From Candidatus Poribacteria bacterium (lineage in GTDB: Bacteria > Poribacteria > WGA-4E > WGA-3G), in NCBI GenBank assembly GCA_963665235.2, contig CAXXLX010000001.1:1696001-1760000 (forward strand): a stretch of 64,000 nt of DNA, read 5' to 3'. Within the stretch, counting starts at the first letter, position 1; the number at the start of each line of letters is the position of its first letter. The translations under genes and the position numbers were made by a program. Positions 20,400 through 31,488 of the stretch are shown one piece after another. The notes below the pieces were generated by a model. That model worked only from the letters and a program-made list of their open reading frames with translations. It had not been told where the DNA came from and made no database searches.

Positions 20400-21325
20400 C
20401 ACAAAAAACCGGCTTCATTTATCACATAGATTACCTTAATCACGACACCGGCCCGGGACACCCCGAACGGCCAGACCGGCTCCGCGCCAGCCTGGCAGCA
20501 CTCCAGCAAAGCGAGGTGTGGACACAACTCCACCACATAGAGCCGACACCCGCAACAATAGAACAAATTGCTTATGCACATAAACCCGGATATAGCGAAT
20601 ATATTAAGCAGTCCTGCGAGGCAGAAATTCCGCTCACTTACGACACACCTGTCGTGCAAGAATCGTTTGATATTGCCCTGCTTTCAACGGGTGGGGTGTT
20701 ACGCGCAGCAGAAGCGGTTGCAACAGGAAAAGTACGAAACGCATTCGCCCTGGTACGCCCGCCAGGGCACCACGCGACACCGGGTCAGAGCATGGGGTTT
20801 TGTCTGTTCAACAACATTGCCGTGACAGCCCGTTACCTTCAACGGGAACACGGAGTCGGAAAGGTCGCAATTGTGGATTGGGATGTACATCACGGCAACG
20901 GCACACAAGACATTTTCTACGAGGACAGCTCTGTCCTCTTTTTCTCTATCCATCAATCTCCGCTCTATCCGGGTACCGGTTCACGTTACGAACAAGGCAG
21001 CGGCGATGCACGCGGCACGACATTAAACGTCCCGATGCCAGCCGGAAGTGGTGATGATGAATATATAGGTGTTTTCACGAATACCCTCATCCCTGCCCTA
21101 CGAGAATTTTCACCGGAATTTCTACTGATTTCAGCAGGTTTTGATGCCCACTACCTCGACCCACTTGCAGGACTTGAAATCACCGCGGCCGGATTTTCCG
21201 CACTCACAGATATGCTCCTTGAGGTTGCCGAGGGGCGTGTTGTCTCAGCATTGGAAGGCGGTTACAGTTTGGAGGGCGTATCCGAGTCTGTTGTGGCACA
21301 TGTGAAACGTTTAGTGACGTTCTAA
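20396..21325 (+). CDS. Histone deacetylase family protein
   Basis: HPERPDRL, RPPGHHA, GFCLFNN, DWDVHHGNGTQ, SAGFDAH, LEGGY. Confidence 0.95.
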   Translation: MTQKTGFIYHIDYLNHDTGPGHPERPDRLRASLAALQQSEVWTQLHHIEPTPATIEQIAYAHKPGYSEYIKQSCEAEIPLTYDTPVVQESFDIALLSTGGVLRAAEAVATGKVRNAFALVRPPGHHATPGQSMGFCLFNNIAVTARYLQREHGVGKVAIVDWDVHHGNGTQDIFYEDSSVLFFSIHQSPLYPGTGSRYEQGSGDARGTTLNVPMPAGSGDDEYIGVFTNTLIPALREFSPEFLLISAGFDAHYLDPLAGLEITAAGFSALTDMLLEVAEGRVVSALEGGYSLEGVSESVVAHVKRLVTF

Positions 21326-22044
21326 CTCACAGGTTTTTTCCCCACATGAATCGCAACGATGCCGAACGTCTTCCGGTAAAACTGTACGTCCGTTAGTCCA
21401 CACTCCGCCATAACGGTTTTCAACGCATCACAGTTCGGGAACTGCATGACAGACCGTGGCAAATACCCATACGCATCGTCGGTGTTGCGGGAGATGAGAT
21501 TCCCGATAAACGGTAAAACCTTAGTAAAGTAGAGGTAGTAGAGGCTACGGAATATCGGATTCACGGGTTGTGTAAACTCTAATATTGCGATTCTCCCGCC
21601 CGGCACAGCGACGCGCGTCATCTCGCGGATGCCTGTTTTGAGGTCGGCGACGTTCCGTATACCGAAACCGACAGAGACAATGTCAAAGGTATTGTCCGAA
21701 AACGGCAGGGTGAGCGTATCCGCTTCAATCGGTATGAAGGCGTGTGCGCGGCGTTGACGTTCTATCTTCTGCTTGCCAACAATTAGCATCTCAAAACAGA
21801 AATCTGAACCGATGACAACCCCTTCTGTCCCGAGCTTGTCCGCGTACGCCAGTGCAAGTTCGCCTGTGCCGGTGCAGACATCCAGCACCCTGCTTGTAGG
21901 CGCGACATCGCTTACCTTTACTGTTTCCCGCCGCCATACCCTGTCAAATCGCAAGCTTAATAGCGAGTTGAGGAAATCGTAATGACGCGCAATGGCTGAA
22001 AATAGGTTTTTTATACGGTGTGCCTGCGTAGATGCCATAAACAT
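21322..22044 (-). CDS. ubiE: Demethylmenaquinone/ubiquinone methyltransferase (UbiE/MenG)
   Basis: IARHYDFLN, LDVCTGTG, FGIRNV, ILEF. Confidence 0.92.
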   Translation of the reverse strand: MFMASTQAHRIKNLFSAIARHYDFLNSLLSLRFDRVWRRETVKVSDVAPTSRVLDVCTGTGELALAYADKLGTEGVVIGSDFCFEMLIVGKQKIERQRRAHAFIPIEADTLTLPFSDNTFDIVSVGFGIRNVADLKTGIREMTRVAVPGGRIAILEFTQPVNPIFRSLYYLYFTKVLPFIGNLISRNTDDAYGYLPRSVMQFPNCDALKTVMAECGLTDVQFYRKTFGIVAIHVGKKPVS

Positions 22045-22084
22045 ACCGCTCCTAGGGGGTTAAGGTTCAGAGAAACGCGTTCCG

Positions 22085-24487
22085 TTACATGCGTAATTCC
22101 GCACCAAGCTCCTGATTCAATTGATGAACAACCTTGTCATGAAGGTCGTTAACTGCTGTATCTGTCAAGGTCTCGGTTGCGGAATGGTAGGTAATTGTAT
22201 AGGCGAGACTCTTTTTACCTTCCTGTACCTGTGCGCCGGTATATACATCGAACAGTCGGACAGATTTAACCCATTCTCCACCGGTTGCATAGATAATCCC
22301 TATCGGCATGTCTGATAGCAGGTCGGCATCTACGACAATCGCCAGGTCGCGTTGGACACTCGGATAGACAGAAATCGGCTCAAACTGTTTGTCAAACGTA
22401 GTAGTGTTCACTATTGCTTCCATGTCAAGTTCAAAGAGATACGCCTTATACGGCAGCTCGTAATTTTCAAGTACTTTCGGGTGCGCCTCACCGAAGATGC
22501 CGATTTTCTCATCTGCTACTGCTACTTCAGCATTGCGGCCCGGGTGGAAGGTTGGGTCTTTCGTTTTCTTAAGCGTCCACTTAGCAATACCGCAGTTCTC
22601 AAGTATACCCTCCACGATGCCTTTGATGTCAAAGAAATCGGGGTGCCGATAAGGATTGCCGTAGACACCGCCGCCAATCTCCCCGGCGAGGATACCAGCA
22701 ACGCGTCCCGGCTCTTCTCCATTGATGAACACCGCGGACATCTCAAAAAGGGCAATCGTGTCTATCTGATGATTGTGGTTATGTTGTGCGTTTTGAAGTA
22801 GGCTCGGCAGCAAGGTCGTGCGGAGAATTGACATTTCCGGGCTCAACGGATTTTGCAGTTTCTGTGCCTCCCGAAGCGGATTGTTGGCCTCCAACCGAAT
22901 ATTGTCAAACGCTTCAGGGCTGCCAAAAGTGTAGTTCACCGCTTCCATCATACCCGCTCCAAGCAGAAACCGTTTTATCCGTTTATGCACGACTGTTCTC
23001 GGGTTCGGTGTTGGCACAGGAATATCCCCTCTGGGCAGTGTAGTCGGGATGTTATCATAACCGTGGACGCGAGCGATTTCTTCAACCAAATCGATTTCAC
23101 GGGTCACGTCGGAACGGAACGTCGGCACCGTCACCGTGAGGCTCTCTTCTGCTCCTACCTGTTGTGCTGGACTAACCTCAAACCCCAAACGGCTTAAAAT
23201 CTGCGTTATCTCATCTGTTTCAAGCGTAGTGCCCAATACGAAATTGACGCGTTCCGGGCGGAGCTGAATCTGAGCCAGTTCGCGTTGTCCCGGGTAGACA
23301 TCAACCACGCCTTTACAGATAGTGCCGCCTGCCAATTCTACAATCAGTTGGGTTGCACGGTCGAGTGCAGGAATTACCGCCCCCACATCGGCCCCGCGTT
23401 CAAATCTGTAGGAGGCTTCCGTGTTTATACCTAACTTTTTGGCGGTTGCTCGGATGCTTGATGGATTGAAATACGCGCTCTCTAATAGGACATCACACGT
23501 TGTCTCTGTGATTTCGGAATCATATCCCCCCATAACGCCTGCAAGTGCGACCGGTTTTTCGGCATCCGCAATGACGAGCATATCGGGTGTAAGTTCACGT
23601 TCCACTTCATCGAGGGTTGTCAACTGTTCGTCCGCTGCGGCACGGCGTACGACAATACGGTTGTCGGTGAGCAGGTTATAATCAAAGGCGTGTAGCGGTT
23701 GCCCATACTCCATCAAAACAAAGTTGGTCACGTCGACGATGTTGTTAATAACGCCTACACCGACAGCTTCAAGCCGCTGTTTTAACCATTCGGGAGATTG
23801 TCCTACCTTAATGCCCTGAATAACGCGTGCTGCGTAGCGCGGACAGAGGTCAGGTGCGTCAATTGTTACGGAGGTTGCACTGTGGACATCGGTTTTGCCC
23901 TCTTGACAGTTCACCTGTGGTAGGTTTAAGACGTTCCCTGTTTCAGCGCGGATTTCGCGTGCAACACCGATAAGACTCAGACAATCCGGGCGATTCGGTG
24001 TAACCTCTAATTCCATCAGAACATCATCTAATCCTAAAGCCTTAGCAAGCAGTGTGCCCGGGGGGAGGTCGGTGGGTAATTCCATGAGTCCATCAGCATC
24101 AGCAGAGATGCCGAGCTCTTTTTCAGAGCAGAGCATGCCGTGTGATTCTTCGCCTCGCAGTTTGGCACGTTTGATTGTTAGACCGATAGGGAGTGTGGTC
24201 CCGATTGTGGCAACAGGGGCAAGCATCCCTTCTCGGACGTTCGGTGCACCACAGACAATCTGAAGTTCTTCCGCCTCGCCAACATCTACCTGACAGACGA
24301 CAAGTTTGTCTGCATTTGGATGCGGTCGAATAGAGCTAACACTGCCGACAACTACACCTTCTAGTTCGGCTCCGAGTTGTTTGATGGACTCAACTTCAAT
24401 GCCTAGCATCGTTAGTCGGTCGGCGAGTTCGCTTGGGGAAAACGCGAAATCTATGTAGGATTTTAGCCAATTTATGGTTACGTTCAT
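22085..24487 (-). CDS. pheT: Phenylalanine--tRNA ligase beta subunit
   Basis: [41 protein letters not shown]-terminus. Confidence 0.98.
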   Translation of the reverse strand: MNVTINWLKSYIDFAFSPSELADRLTMLGIEVESIKQLGAELEGVVVGSVSSIRPHPNADKLVVCQVDVGEAEELQIVCGAPNVREGMLAPVATIGTTLPIGLTIKRAKLRGEESHGMLCSEKELGISADADGLMELPTDLPPGTLLAKALGLDDVLMELEVTPNRPDCLSLIGVAREIRAETGNVLNLPQVNCQEGKTDVHSATSVTIDAPDLCPRYAARVIQGIKVGQSPEWLKQRLEAVGVGVINNIVDVTNFVLMEYGQPLHAFDYNLLTDNRIVVRRAAADEQLTTLDEVERELTPDMLVIADAEKPVALAGVMGGYDSEITETTCDVLLESAYFNPSSIRATAKKLGINTEASYRFERGADVGAVIPALDRATQLIVELAGGTICKGVVDVYPGQRELAQIQLRPERVNFVLGTTLETDEITQILSRLGFEVSPAQQVGAEESLTVTVPTFRSDVTREIDLVEEIARVHGYDNIPTTLPRGDIPVPTPNPRTVVHKRIKRFLLGAGMMEAVNYTFGSPEAFDNIRLEANNPLREAQKLQNPLSPEMSILRTTLLPSLLQNAQHNHNHQIDTIALFEMSAVFINGEEPGRVAGILAGEIGGGVYGNPYRHPDFFDIKGIVEGILENCGIAKWTLKKTKDPTFHPGRNAEVAVADEKIGIFGEAHPKVLENYELPYKAYLFELDMEAIVNTTTFDKQFEPISVYPSVQRDLAIVVDADLLSDMPIGIIYATGGEWVKSVRLFDVYTGAQVQEGKKSLAYTITYHSATETLTDTAVNDLHDKVVHQLNQELGAELRM

Positions 24488-24616
24488 AATGTAAATGCCT
24501 TTTTAATGTTTTTCTTGTGTGAGGGCTATTTTCTTGTTGTCTGAATCACGGAAGGCACTCCGCGATTCAGACAGAAAAGAGAGCAGGATTACCGAATTTA
24601 AAAATTAATCTTCATA

Positions 24617-24862
24617 AAGTTTATGCTACAAAAGACCGCACAAACTAGGAAGTTTATGCTACAAAAGACCGCACAAACTAGGAAGTTTATGCTACAAAAG
24701 ACCGCACAAACTAGGAAGTTTATGCTACAAAAGACCGCACAAACTAGGAAGTTTATGCTACAAAAGACCGCACAAACTAGGAAGTTTATGCTACAAAAGA
24801 CCGCACAAACTAGGAAGTTTATGCTACAAAAGACCGCACAAACTAGGAAGTTTATGCTACAA
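24617..24862. repeat. 33-bp VNTR, 7.5 identical copies (AAGTTTATGCTACAAAAGACCGCACAAACTAGG) between pheS and pheT
   Basis: Perfect tandem units without spacers; the core is shared with the MITE internal repeat. Confidence 0.97.
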
Positions 24863-24911
24863 TTATACCGCTTTTTTTCGCATGGACATTTATTATCAAG
24901 CTCACGTTGAT

Positions 24912-25928
24912 TTAAAACTGTTGTAAAAAGCGGAGGTCGTTTTCGTAGAAGGTGCGGATATCTGGGATACGGAACTGGAGGTTCGCGATACGTTCTACTC
25001 CCATGCCGAAGGCAAATCCGGTGACCGCTTCCGGGTCATAGTTGACAGCTCGGAATACCTCCGGATCGACGGCTCCTGCGCCCAAAATTTCAATCCATCC
25101 GGTGTTTCCGCAGCTACGACACCCTTTTCCCTGACATACGGTGCAGGAAATATCCACCTCCGCGCTCGGCTCGGTAAACGGAAAGAAATGGGGACGGAAC
25201 CGCATTTTTGTGTTTTCACCGAACATCTGCCGCGCGAAGGATACCAAAACCCCCTTCAATTCGCTAAACGTGACATGACTGTCCACGAGCAACCCCTCAA
25301 CCTGATGGAACATTGGAGTGTGTGAGACATCGTAATCCACGCGATACGCTTTTCCGGGGACAATAATACGGACTGGCGGTTTTCTATTTTCCATCACTCG
25401 GATTTGAACAGGAGAGGTATGCGTCCGTAAAAGATGCCCATCCGTTAGATAAAAGGTATCATGCAGGTCGCGAGCGGGATGGTCTTGCGGTGTATTGAGG
25501 GCATCGAAGTTGTAATACTCTGTCTCCACCTCCGGCCCGGTTGCGACTTCAAATCCCATTTGGTGGAATATCGCCTCAATACGGTCTAAGGTTTGCATCA
25601 CGGGGTGTGCTTTTCCGTAAGCCGGTTTTCGTCCTGGGAGGGTGATGTCAATCGCTTCCGCGTCAAGCTGCTGTTCCTGTTGCTGGCGATGCAGTGCTTG
25701 CGTTGTTTCTTCAAACGCCTGCGTTAGCGTTGCGCGTACCTCATTCGCGAATTTTCCAATTACGGGACGCTCCGCTTTGGAAAGCTTCCCCATGCCCTTC
25801 ATGACATCTGTTAACTTTCCCTTACGTCCAAAATACGCGATTCTAAGCGATTCAAGTTCATCCGATGATTTTATCTGTTTGAGAGCTGCAAGGGCTTCGG
25901 TTTGAATCGCTTCTAATTCTGTTTTCAT
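24912..25928 (-). CDS. pheS: Phenylalanine--tRNA ligase alpha subunit
   Basis: HPARDLHDTF, LRTHTSPVQ, FHQVEG, FPFTEPS, GFAFGMGVER. Confidence 0.98.
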   Translation of the reverse strand: MKTELEAIQTEALAALKQIKSSDELESLRIAYFGRKGKLTDVMKGMGKLSKAERPVIGKFANEVRATLTQAFEETTQALHRQQQEQQLDAEAIDITLPGRKPAYGKAHPVMQTLDRIEAIFHQMGFEVATGPEVETEYYNFDALNTPQDHPARDLHDTFYLTDGHLLRTHTSPVQIRVMENRKPPVRIIVPGKAYRVDYDVSHTPMFHQVEGLLVDSHVTFSELKGVLVSFARQMFGENTKMRFRPHFFPFTEPSAEVDISCTVCQGKGCRSCGNTGWIEILGAGAVDPEVFRAVNYDPEAVTGFAFGMGVERIANLQFRIPDIRTFYENDLRFLQQF

Positions 25929-25934
25929 GGTTGC

Positions 25935-26200
25935 CTCTTTAAAAGGATAATGCCTGTCCCTTTATCCCATTACCTCAAACACGTCGTTGAGGGTCATCTG
26001 GGGACGAAAGCGACAAGCATCTACTTCCGCGGTACCACCCCGCTTGACAGATGTGTGTCATCTGTCCACTTGATTTTTCTGTTTTCGATGGCTCTGGGAT
26101 GAAATTCGGCAGTTGCTCTCAAAACCGCGTTTGCAGCCGATGGCGCGGTCTCTCTTTTTGAGAGGTCTCAACAGCTTACGTTTGTCCCATCATAGCCTGT
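25935..26200 (-). promoter_or_regulatory. T-box riboswitch (Phe) upstream of pheS
   Basis: Minus strand: GCTATGA...AGAGA...GGCTG stem I motifs; specifier loop GAATTTCATC with TTC at 26101-26103; T-box GGGTGGTACCGCG at 26028-26040. Confidence 0.88.
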
Positions 26201-26234
26201 TTGTCAATTCATTTATGCGGGTAATTGCGTCTGT

Positions 26235-26582
26235 CTATCCTTTTGCGATTGCGACAAGCTGCGCAAATGCGTCTGCATCATGTACGGCAAGGTCGGCGAG
26301 GACTTTGCGGTCTAGCGCGATGCCGGCTGTTTTAAGTCCGTGCATAAATTGACTATATGTGATTCCGTTCAGTCTTGCGGCGGCGTTAATCCGTGTAATC
26401 CAAAGTTTTCTAAAGTCGCGTTTGCGTGCGCGTCGGTGTGCGTAGGCGTGGTTCCATCCTTTTTCGACCGCTTCCATAGCGGTACGTCTGAGATTATTTC
26501 TGCCACCGCGGTAACCTTTGGAATGTTTCAGTATCCGTTTCCGCCGCTTTCGACGGACACTCCCTGTTTTTACTCGTGCCAT
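26235..26582 (-). CDS. rplT: 50S ribosomal protein L20
   Basis: [32 protein letters not shown]. Confidence 0.98.
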   Translation of the reverse strand: MARVKTGSVRRKRRKRILKHSKGYRGGRNNLRRTAMEAVEKGWNHAYAHRRARKRDFRKLWITRINAAARLNGITYSQFMHGLKTAGIALDRKVLADLAVHDADAFAQLVAIAKG

Positions 26583-26591
26583 TCAGAGCTC

Positions 26592-26783
26592 CTAGTGAAT
26601 TAGGCGTTTCAAACGTTTTGCATTACTGGGGTCAACGAGGGTTGGTTGTCTCAAGCGTCTCTTCCGTTTTGAGGATTTTGAGAGAAACAGATGCCCGCCA
26701 TAAGCACGCTTGCGGCGGATTTTCCCTTTCGCTGTAAATTTAAAACGTTTTGCCGCCCCTTTGTGTGTTTTCATTTTCGGCAT
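26592..26783 (-). CDS. rpmI: 50S ribosomal protein L35
   Basis: MPKMKTHKGAAKRF. Confidence 0.97.
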   Translation of the reverse strand: MPKMKTHKGAAKRFKFTAKGKIRRKRAYGGHLFLSKSSKRKRRLRQPTLVDPSNAKRLKRLIH

Positions 26784-27050
26784 GATAATATCCTTCAACT
26801 TAACGGCTTATCTTTAGCGTTACAATTCTTTGTGAGAACATGAACAAACTGTCGTCGACATTATCGAGCGTAGTGGTGTACAACAAGCAATCCGCTTTCA
26901 AAAAGCCGTCTATTTGAAAGCAAGATTCGGTCTTTCCTACGGGTCGGTCGGACAAAAATTCGTGAAAAGTCCTCTCAGGGCGCAACCCTTCGTAAGTGCT
27001 TGGCGCGTTTACACAAAGCGTCCGGACAAGCACTCATGAGAAACTTCTCG

Positions 27051-27596
27051 TTACGAAGCTTTCGGTGCCAAGATCATCGACATGACGTTTGTTTCCATGC
27101 GAGGTGGGTGTTCTACCTCCCCCAGCTCGGCGACATCCGCTTCTAGCCGGGCGAGCATATTCCTACCCAATTCGGAATGGACCATTTCTCTGCCGCGAAA
27201 TCGCACTGTTGCTTTGACCTTCCAGCCGTTCTTCAAGAAATCTTCAACGTGACGTTTTTTGAACTGATAGTCGTGTTCAGCTGTATCCGGTCGGAACTTA
27301 ATTTCTTTCAGGACAACGCGTGTGCGCTTTTTTCGCGCTTCGCGTGCACGTTTGTTCTTTTCGTACTGATATTTGCCGTAATCCATAATCTTACAGACAG
27401 GCGGGTTTGCATTCGGTGAAACTTCAACCAAATCCAACCCAACGGCTTCAGCGCGTTCCATTCCTTCGCGGGGAGACATGACCCCGACCTGCTTGTTGTC
27501 CTGATCGATTAGTAAAATCTCACGGGCTCGAATCTGATAATTCGAACGACTCTGTCTTTCCTTCGTTTTCTGAGTACGTCTACCTCTGTAGTGTAT
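27051..27596 (-). CDS. infC: Translation initiation factor IF-3 (non-canonical ATA start)
   Basis: LDLVEVSPNANPPVCKIMDYGKY, KEIKFRP, FRGRE. The frame extends to ATA at 27596, preceded by a GGGGGTG SD and an in-frame TGA. Confidence 0.95.
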   Translation of the reverse strand: MHYRGRRTQKTKERQSRSNYQIRAREILLIDQDNKQVGVMSPREGMERAEAVGLDLVEVSPNANPPVCKIMDYGKYQYEKNKRAREARKKRTRVVLKEIKFRPDTAEHDYQFKKRHVEDFLKNGWKVKATVRFRGREMVHSELGRNMLARLEADVAELGEVEHPPRMETNVMSMILAPKAS

Positions 27597-27759
27597 TTTT
27601 CACACCCCCAAGTTGTAGATAGCTACCGGTTCACAATTGTGCGGTGCACAATCGGAAACCGTTCTTTACAAAATTCGGGCACTCATCAAAAATGGTGCCG
27701 GAAATGGTTTGTCTAGACATTAATGAGAAATTATACCACATATTCAACGTAAATGCAAG

Positions 27760-28116
27760 TTAAAAATAACCAATTGTCCACAATGTCCGTAAAATAATGA
27801 TTCCACCCGCTAATCCCCCGAGCGTAAGAATTAGGCAAAGCGCGATTATTAAGGTGAACCGAAAGATGCGGGCGGCTAATTCCGGTTGTGCTTTCACCCA
27901 TGCCCGTGCAAGGTTAAAGGTCAAAACAACGCTAATGAGAGACAGGATAGCTGCGCCTAAAAACGCCACGAGAATCCCCTGAAAATCTACCATCTGCATC
28001 GTTTCTGGCAGTGACCCGTATTGGGAATAACGTTTAATAACGACGATTAGGATGCCTATCAAAATTAGGAGAAATACCAAAAAACCGATTATCGCCTTTT
28101 TAAACTCGGTGCCCAT
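27760..28116 (-). CDS. Hypothetical membrane protein (3 TM)
   Basis: Hydrophobic helices; ATG at 28116. Confidence 0.7.
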   Translation of the reverse strand: MGTEFKKAIIGFLVFLLILIGILIVVIKRYSQYGSLPETMQMVDFQGILVAFLGAAILSLISVVLTFNLARAWVKAQPELAARIFRFTLIIALCLILTLGGLAGGIIILRTLWTIGYF

Positions 28117-28438
28117 TTCTAACCTCACAAGTATTAGTCCTATACTATTATAACGTATTTTCGAATTAAATGTTAACGAAATTTTTTGGGGTATGTCCAG
28201 TTTTTGGCAAAGGGATTGTCTGAATGCACGTCGCATTTGGGCGAGTACGCCGCAAATCGCAGATTAGCGCGGATTTATCAGATTGCGCGGATTTTAAGCT
28301 GTGTATCCATCAAGGTTTTGTGATTAAGGGCATAGCGTTTTTTGGTTGGGGTTGATTTGGCTGGGGGTCGGGGTTTAATAGAAATAGGCAGGTAACACTG
28401 CCTGCTACCTGCCTATAAATAAGGTTGTGTCAAAAGCA

Positions 28439-30426
28439 CTACCAATGCCACTGAAATGTGCCACCACTACAAGTACTATCGCCGCGGGTGCATCCTGTGT
28501 AGGTTGCCCCACAGTTGGTTCGCTTGCAGATTTTCTGTGTTTGGTGCCAACCCACATTGCCACAGGTCCAATAGGCATTACCACAATTGCTGCAAGCTGA
28601 GACATGGTGTTCTGTTCGTGAACTGACCTGTGCCATACAACTTGTCCAATTCCTTCCGCCACACACTATAGGATATGCATGTGTATGCGACTGACACACA
28701 TAGTAATACCATTTCTAATTGAAAATGTCTCTTTCTTGTAGCATAAACTTCCAGTTTGTGTTGTTTTTTGTAGCATAAACTTCCAGTTTGTGCTTTCTTG
28801 TAGCATAAACTTCCAGTTTGTGCTTTCTTGTAGCATAAACTTCCAGTTTGTGCTTTCTTGTAGCATAAACTTCCAGTTTGTGCTTTCTTGTAGCATAAAC
28901 TTTTAGTTTGGGTCTTCCGTTCTCCGTTTGATTTCTAACAACCGGTAATGATAGAATAATTAATAAAAATGGTATAAGAACCAGATGAGCAGTTATCCCC
29001 ATTGCTGTTTGTCGGACATGTTTCTGAACGATGGCTATAAGCCTGAGCAGACGTATACGAATGCCCACAGGCCCCAGAAATCAATGCAGGATACTGATGC
29101 GTATGCGACTGACAGGCATAGAAGCTCGTCACTGTGCAAGTTTGTCCATAACTATCTGTCCCTGAACAACTTGCTTGTAAAGCATGTGAACTTGAATTAC
29201 TATTCAAATCTTTGTGTCCACAAGAATATGTCTGATGTGATTGACACTCATAAAATGAACCGCTATACCCCGATATTGTGCTACTATGATCTGAAGAAGC
29301 TTGGCATAAATACCCAGAATGTGTGCCACACGCGTAAGTGCTATGTTTATGATCATCAGGGGTGCATGGAGAGTAGGTATGTCCGCAACTTCCGACAGAA
29401 GGTTCGTGGCTAGCGATCTGAGTAGTAGGAAATCTGTGTCCACAAGATCCTGCGATATCAGGTGGGTTTGGATCCGGAGAAGGTGGTGAAGGCTCTGAGT
29501 GAGTGTGAGCACACCGATAAACCCCCGTATCTGCACAGTTCACGTTAGAACACGTTTCTTCATAGAGGTGTGTCCACTTTTCCGTTTGCAGACAAAAATA
29601 GTATTGAGTATTGTCTTGCGGATTCGCGCACGCTATTCTGTGTGCATACTTACTCGATACCTTTTCAGAGCAACCAGCACATCTGTGAGTACCAGTCAGT
29701 TTTGGATTTTTAAATATGCGATGCTCAACAACCCATGAACCACTCTGACTATACTCAGTAGGAGCCAGGGAGGTATCCTTAGTCCAACCAAAGTTAGCAC
29801 CAGGTCCACCACCTACAGAACCCCCTAATGCATAGTGAACAGGTATAAGTTTTACCTTACCTGAAGCAGTCCAGTTATACGGAGCAGATGCTGTTCTGAA
29901 TTTTGGACCCTCAAGATGTTGATATACCTCATAATTCTCTACAAGATTGTAATTTGGCACAATTGGGATATAGTATCCCACCTTATCTTGTTTAGTCACT
30001 TCTGCAAACGTTTGTCCATAGACTTTTACCTTGAAATCAGAAAATTCAACATATCCAAAACCCGTTACAAAAGCACGCAACCAAAATTTAATTTTTTTCG
30101 GTGGTTTAGGATCCCAAAAATTGCGCTTAAATCCATTTGTCCATTCGATATCTCGGTACTGATATTTGCCGAGGGGATGCAGGTTGGAGCTAATGAAAAT
30201 CGGTTTATTGACATCCGCCCACCTGTCAAAATCAAGTCCGCTATGTACTGTGAAGAAAGCAAGCGGTGTAAAATAAATCTTGCCTCTTTCAAGCATGTTG
30301 TGTTTTCCTTTATGTGAGGATACGTTCACAATAAAACATAAACTGATAAAAAACGTGCATAAAGATAAAGAACAAAAATGTCTTTTCCAATTTTTAAAGT
30401 TAAACAAAGTTAAACATGGTAAGCAT
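28439..30426 (-). pseudogene. Secreted Cys/His-rich repeat protein, disrupted by a 10-bp duplication near the start and by a MITE insertion
   Basis: AGGAG-ATG at 30426 runs into a stop because of duplicated TGTTTAACTT. Removing the MITE joins ...CSSGSY to YVCQSHTHAYP, matching upstream repeats FYECQSH and FYACQSHTH. Confidence 0.85.
28707..28974 (-). mobile_element. MITE (268 bp), TIR TACCATTT...AAATGGTA, TAA target duplication, 6 internal 30-bp repeats
   Basis: TAA at 28704-28706 and 28975-28977; same ends as the copy at 36423-36534; interrupts a CDS. Confidence 0.92.
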
Positions 30427-30474
30427 ATCTAAAATCTCCTTATAGGTGCGCGATACGCGCAGTATATTCTATGG

Positions 30475-31477
30475 TTACTTTTCGGGGTGAGTGGCTCTTT
30501 TTTCGTTGGATACTTCACAAATCAGGGCTCGTGTTTTTTCAAGAAATGGCCTAAAATAACCCTCGAGATCATCACCTTGATAGCTTCCGCCTCCACCGCC
30601 AGTTATATAAATGACTTCATTCCGTGCTTTGTATTCAAGGTAAGCAATTTCGGAGGCAATCTGTTTAGCTGCGATGTCGTTTTGGTCTACGGTCATTTGG
30701 AAGTGTTTGTCCTCCAATAGCTTTAACCGAGGCTGTTCTTCCAGAGAAACTCCTATCTTTATAGATACATTTACAGAGGGTGCTCTAAGTTTTTTTAAAA
30801 CAGGATTGCCTTCGCGATCTAGTCTCAATCCATCGCCTTCTTCGGATGGTTTGGGCCGATACCAATACCCTGGGGGTGGCGGTAACACCTTGTTCTGTTT
30901 GCGTTTATCTGTATCGAATTGAAAATCGTCCCCGCTACAGACCAACAAATGTTCTAAGCCGTGTGCTTTATAGACTTCTCTGAAAGCTTCGCGAAGTGCG
31001 TTACAGGCGTTTTCGGTTTCGGTTGTGTCTTGAAGATAGCCGTAATTGTAGAGAATATGATTAAAGTTAATTGTAGAGAATATGATTAAAGTTAATTGTG
31101 ACACGAGGAATTTCCCGTTGCGCTGTTTCCTTCAATTGGGTAATTTCTTCGGCGATCTGTTGTGCATTTGCAAAATCGCCCTTTTTTTCCAATTGATACT
31201 TGTTCTCCATCAACTGCTTGTAACGTTCATATTCTTCGGGTGTTGGCGCGAAACCGGTTCCCATCCAGACATCAACATAAGGTCTGCCGATTTTTCGGAA
31301 GAGGGGATTGCCATCGTCGTCGCGAATCAATTGACCCTTTTCGTTTTTGACGTATTCATATCCACCAGGGGCGAGACGTATCCCGGAGCGATATGCTTGG
31401 TCGCTTCCGATGTATTCACATCCGTTAATAATAGATATCAGGAGCACAAATGTGAAAATAAATAAGGTGCGCAACAT
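30475..31477 (-). pseudogene. Putative lipoprotein split by a 25-bp tandem duplication
   Basis: TAATTGTAGAGAATATGATTAAAGT occurs twice (31043-31092); both ORF halves share TINFNHILYN; lipobox-like INGC; homologous to the upstream gene. Confidence 0.85.
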
Positions 31478-31488
31478 TTTCCCCCCTC

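Noticed and set aside
24623-24910. (MLQKTAQTRKF)n ORF, or a second CRISPR array
   Set aside because: The 33-bp unit is open only because it is a multiple of 3; there are no unique spacers
28666-29068. Repeat-peptide ORFs (MLQESTNWKF / YATRKHKLEV)
   Set aside because: Read-through of the MITE internal repeat
28439-30426. Multiheme cytochrome c
   Set aside because: Cys/His-rich but no CxxCH motifs
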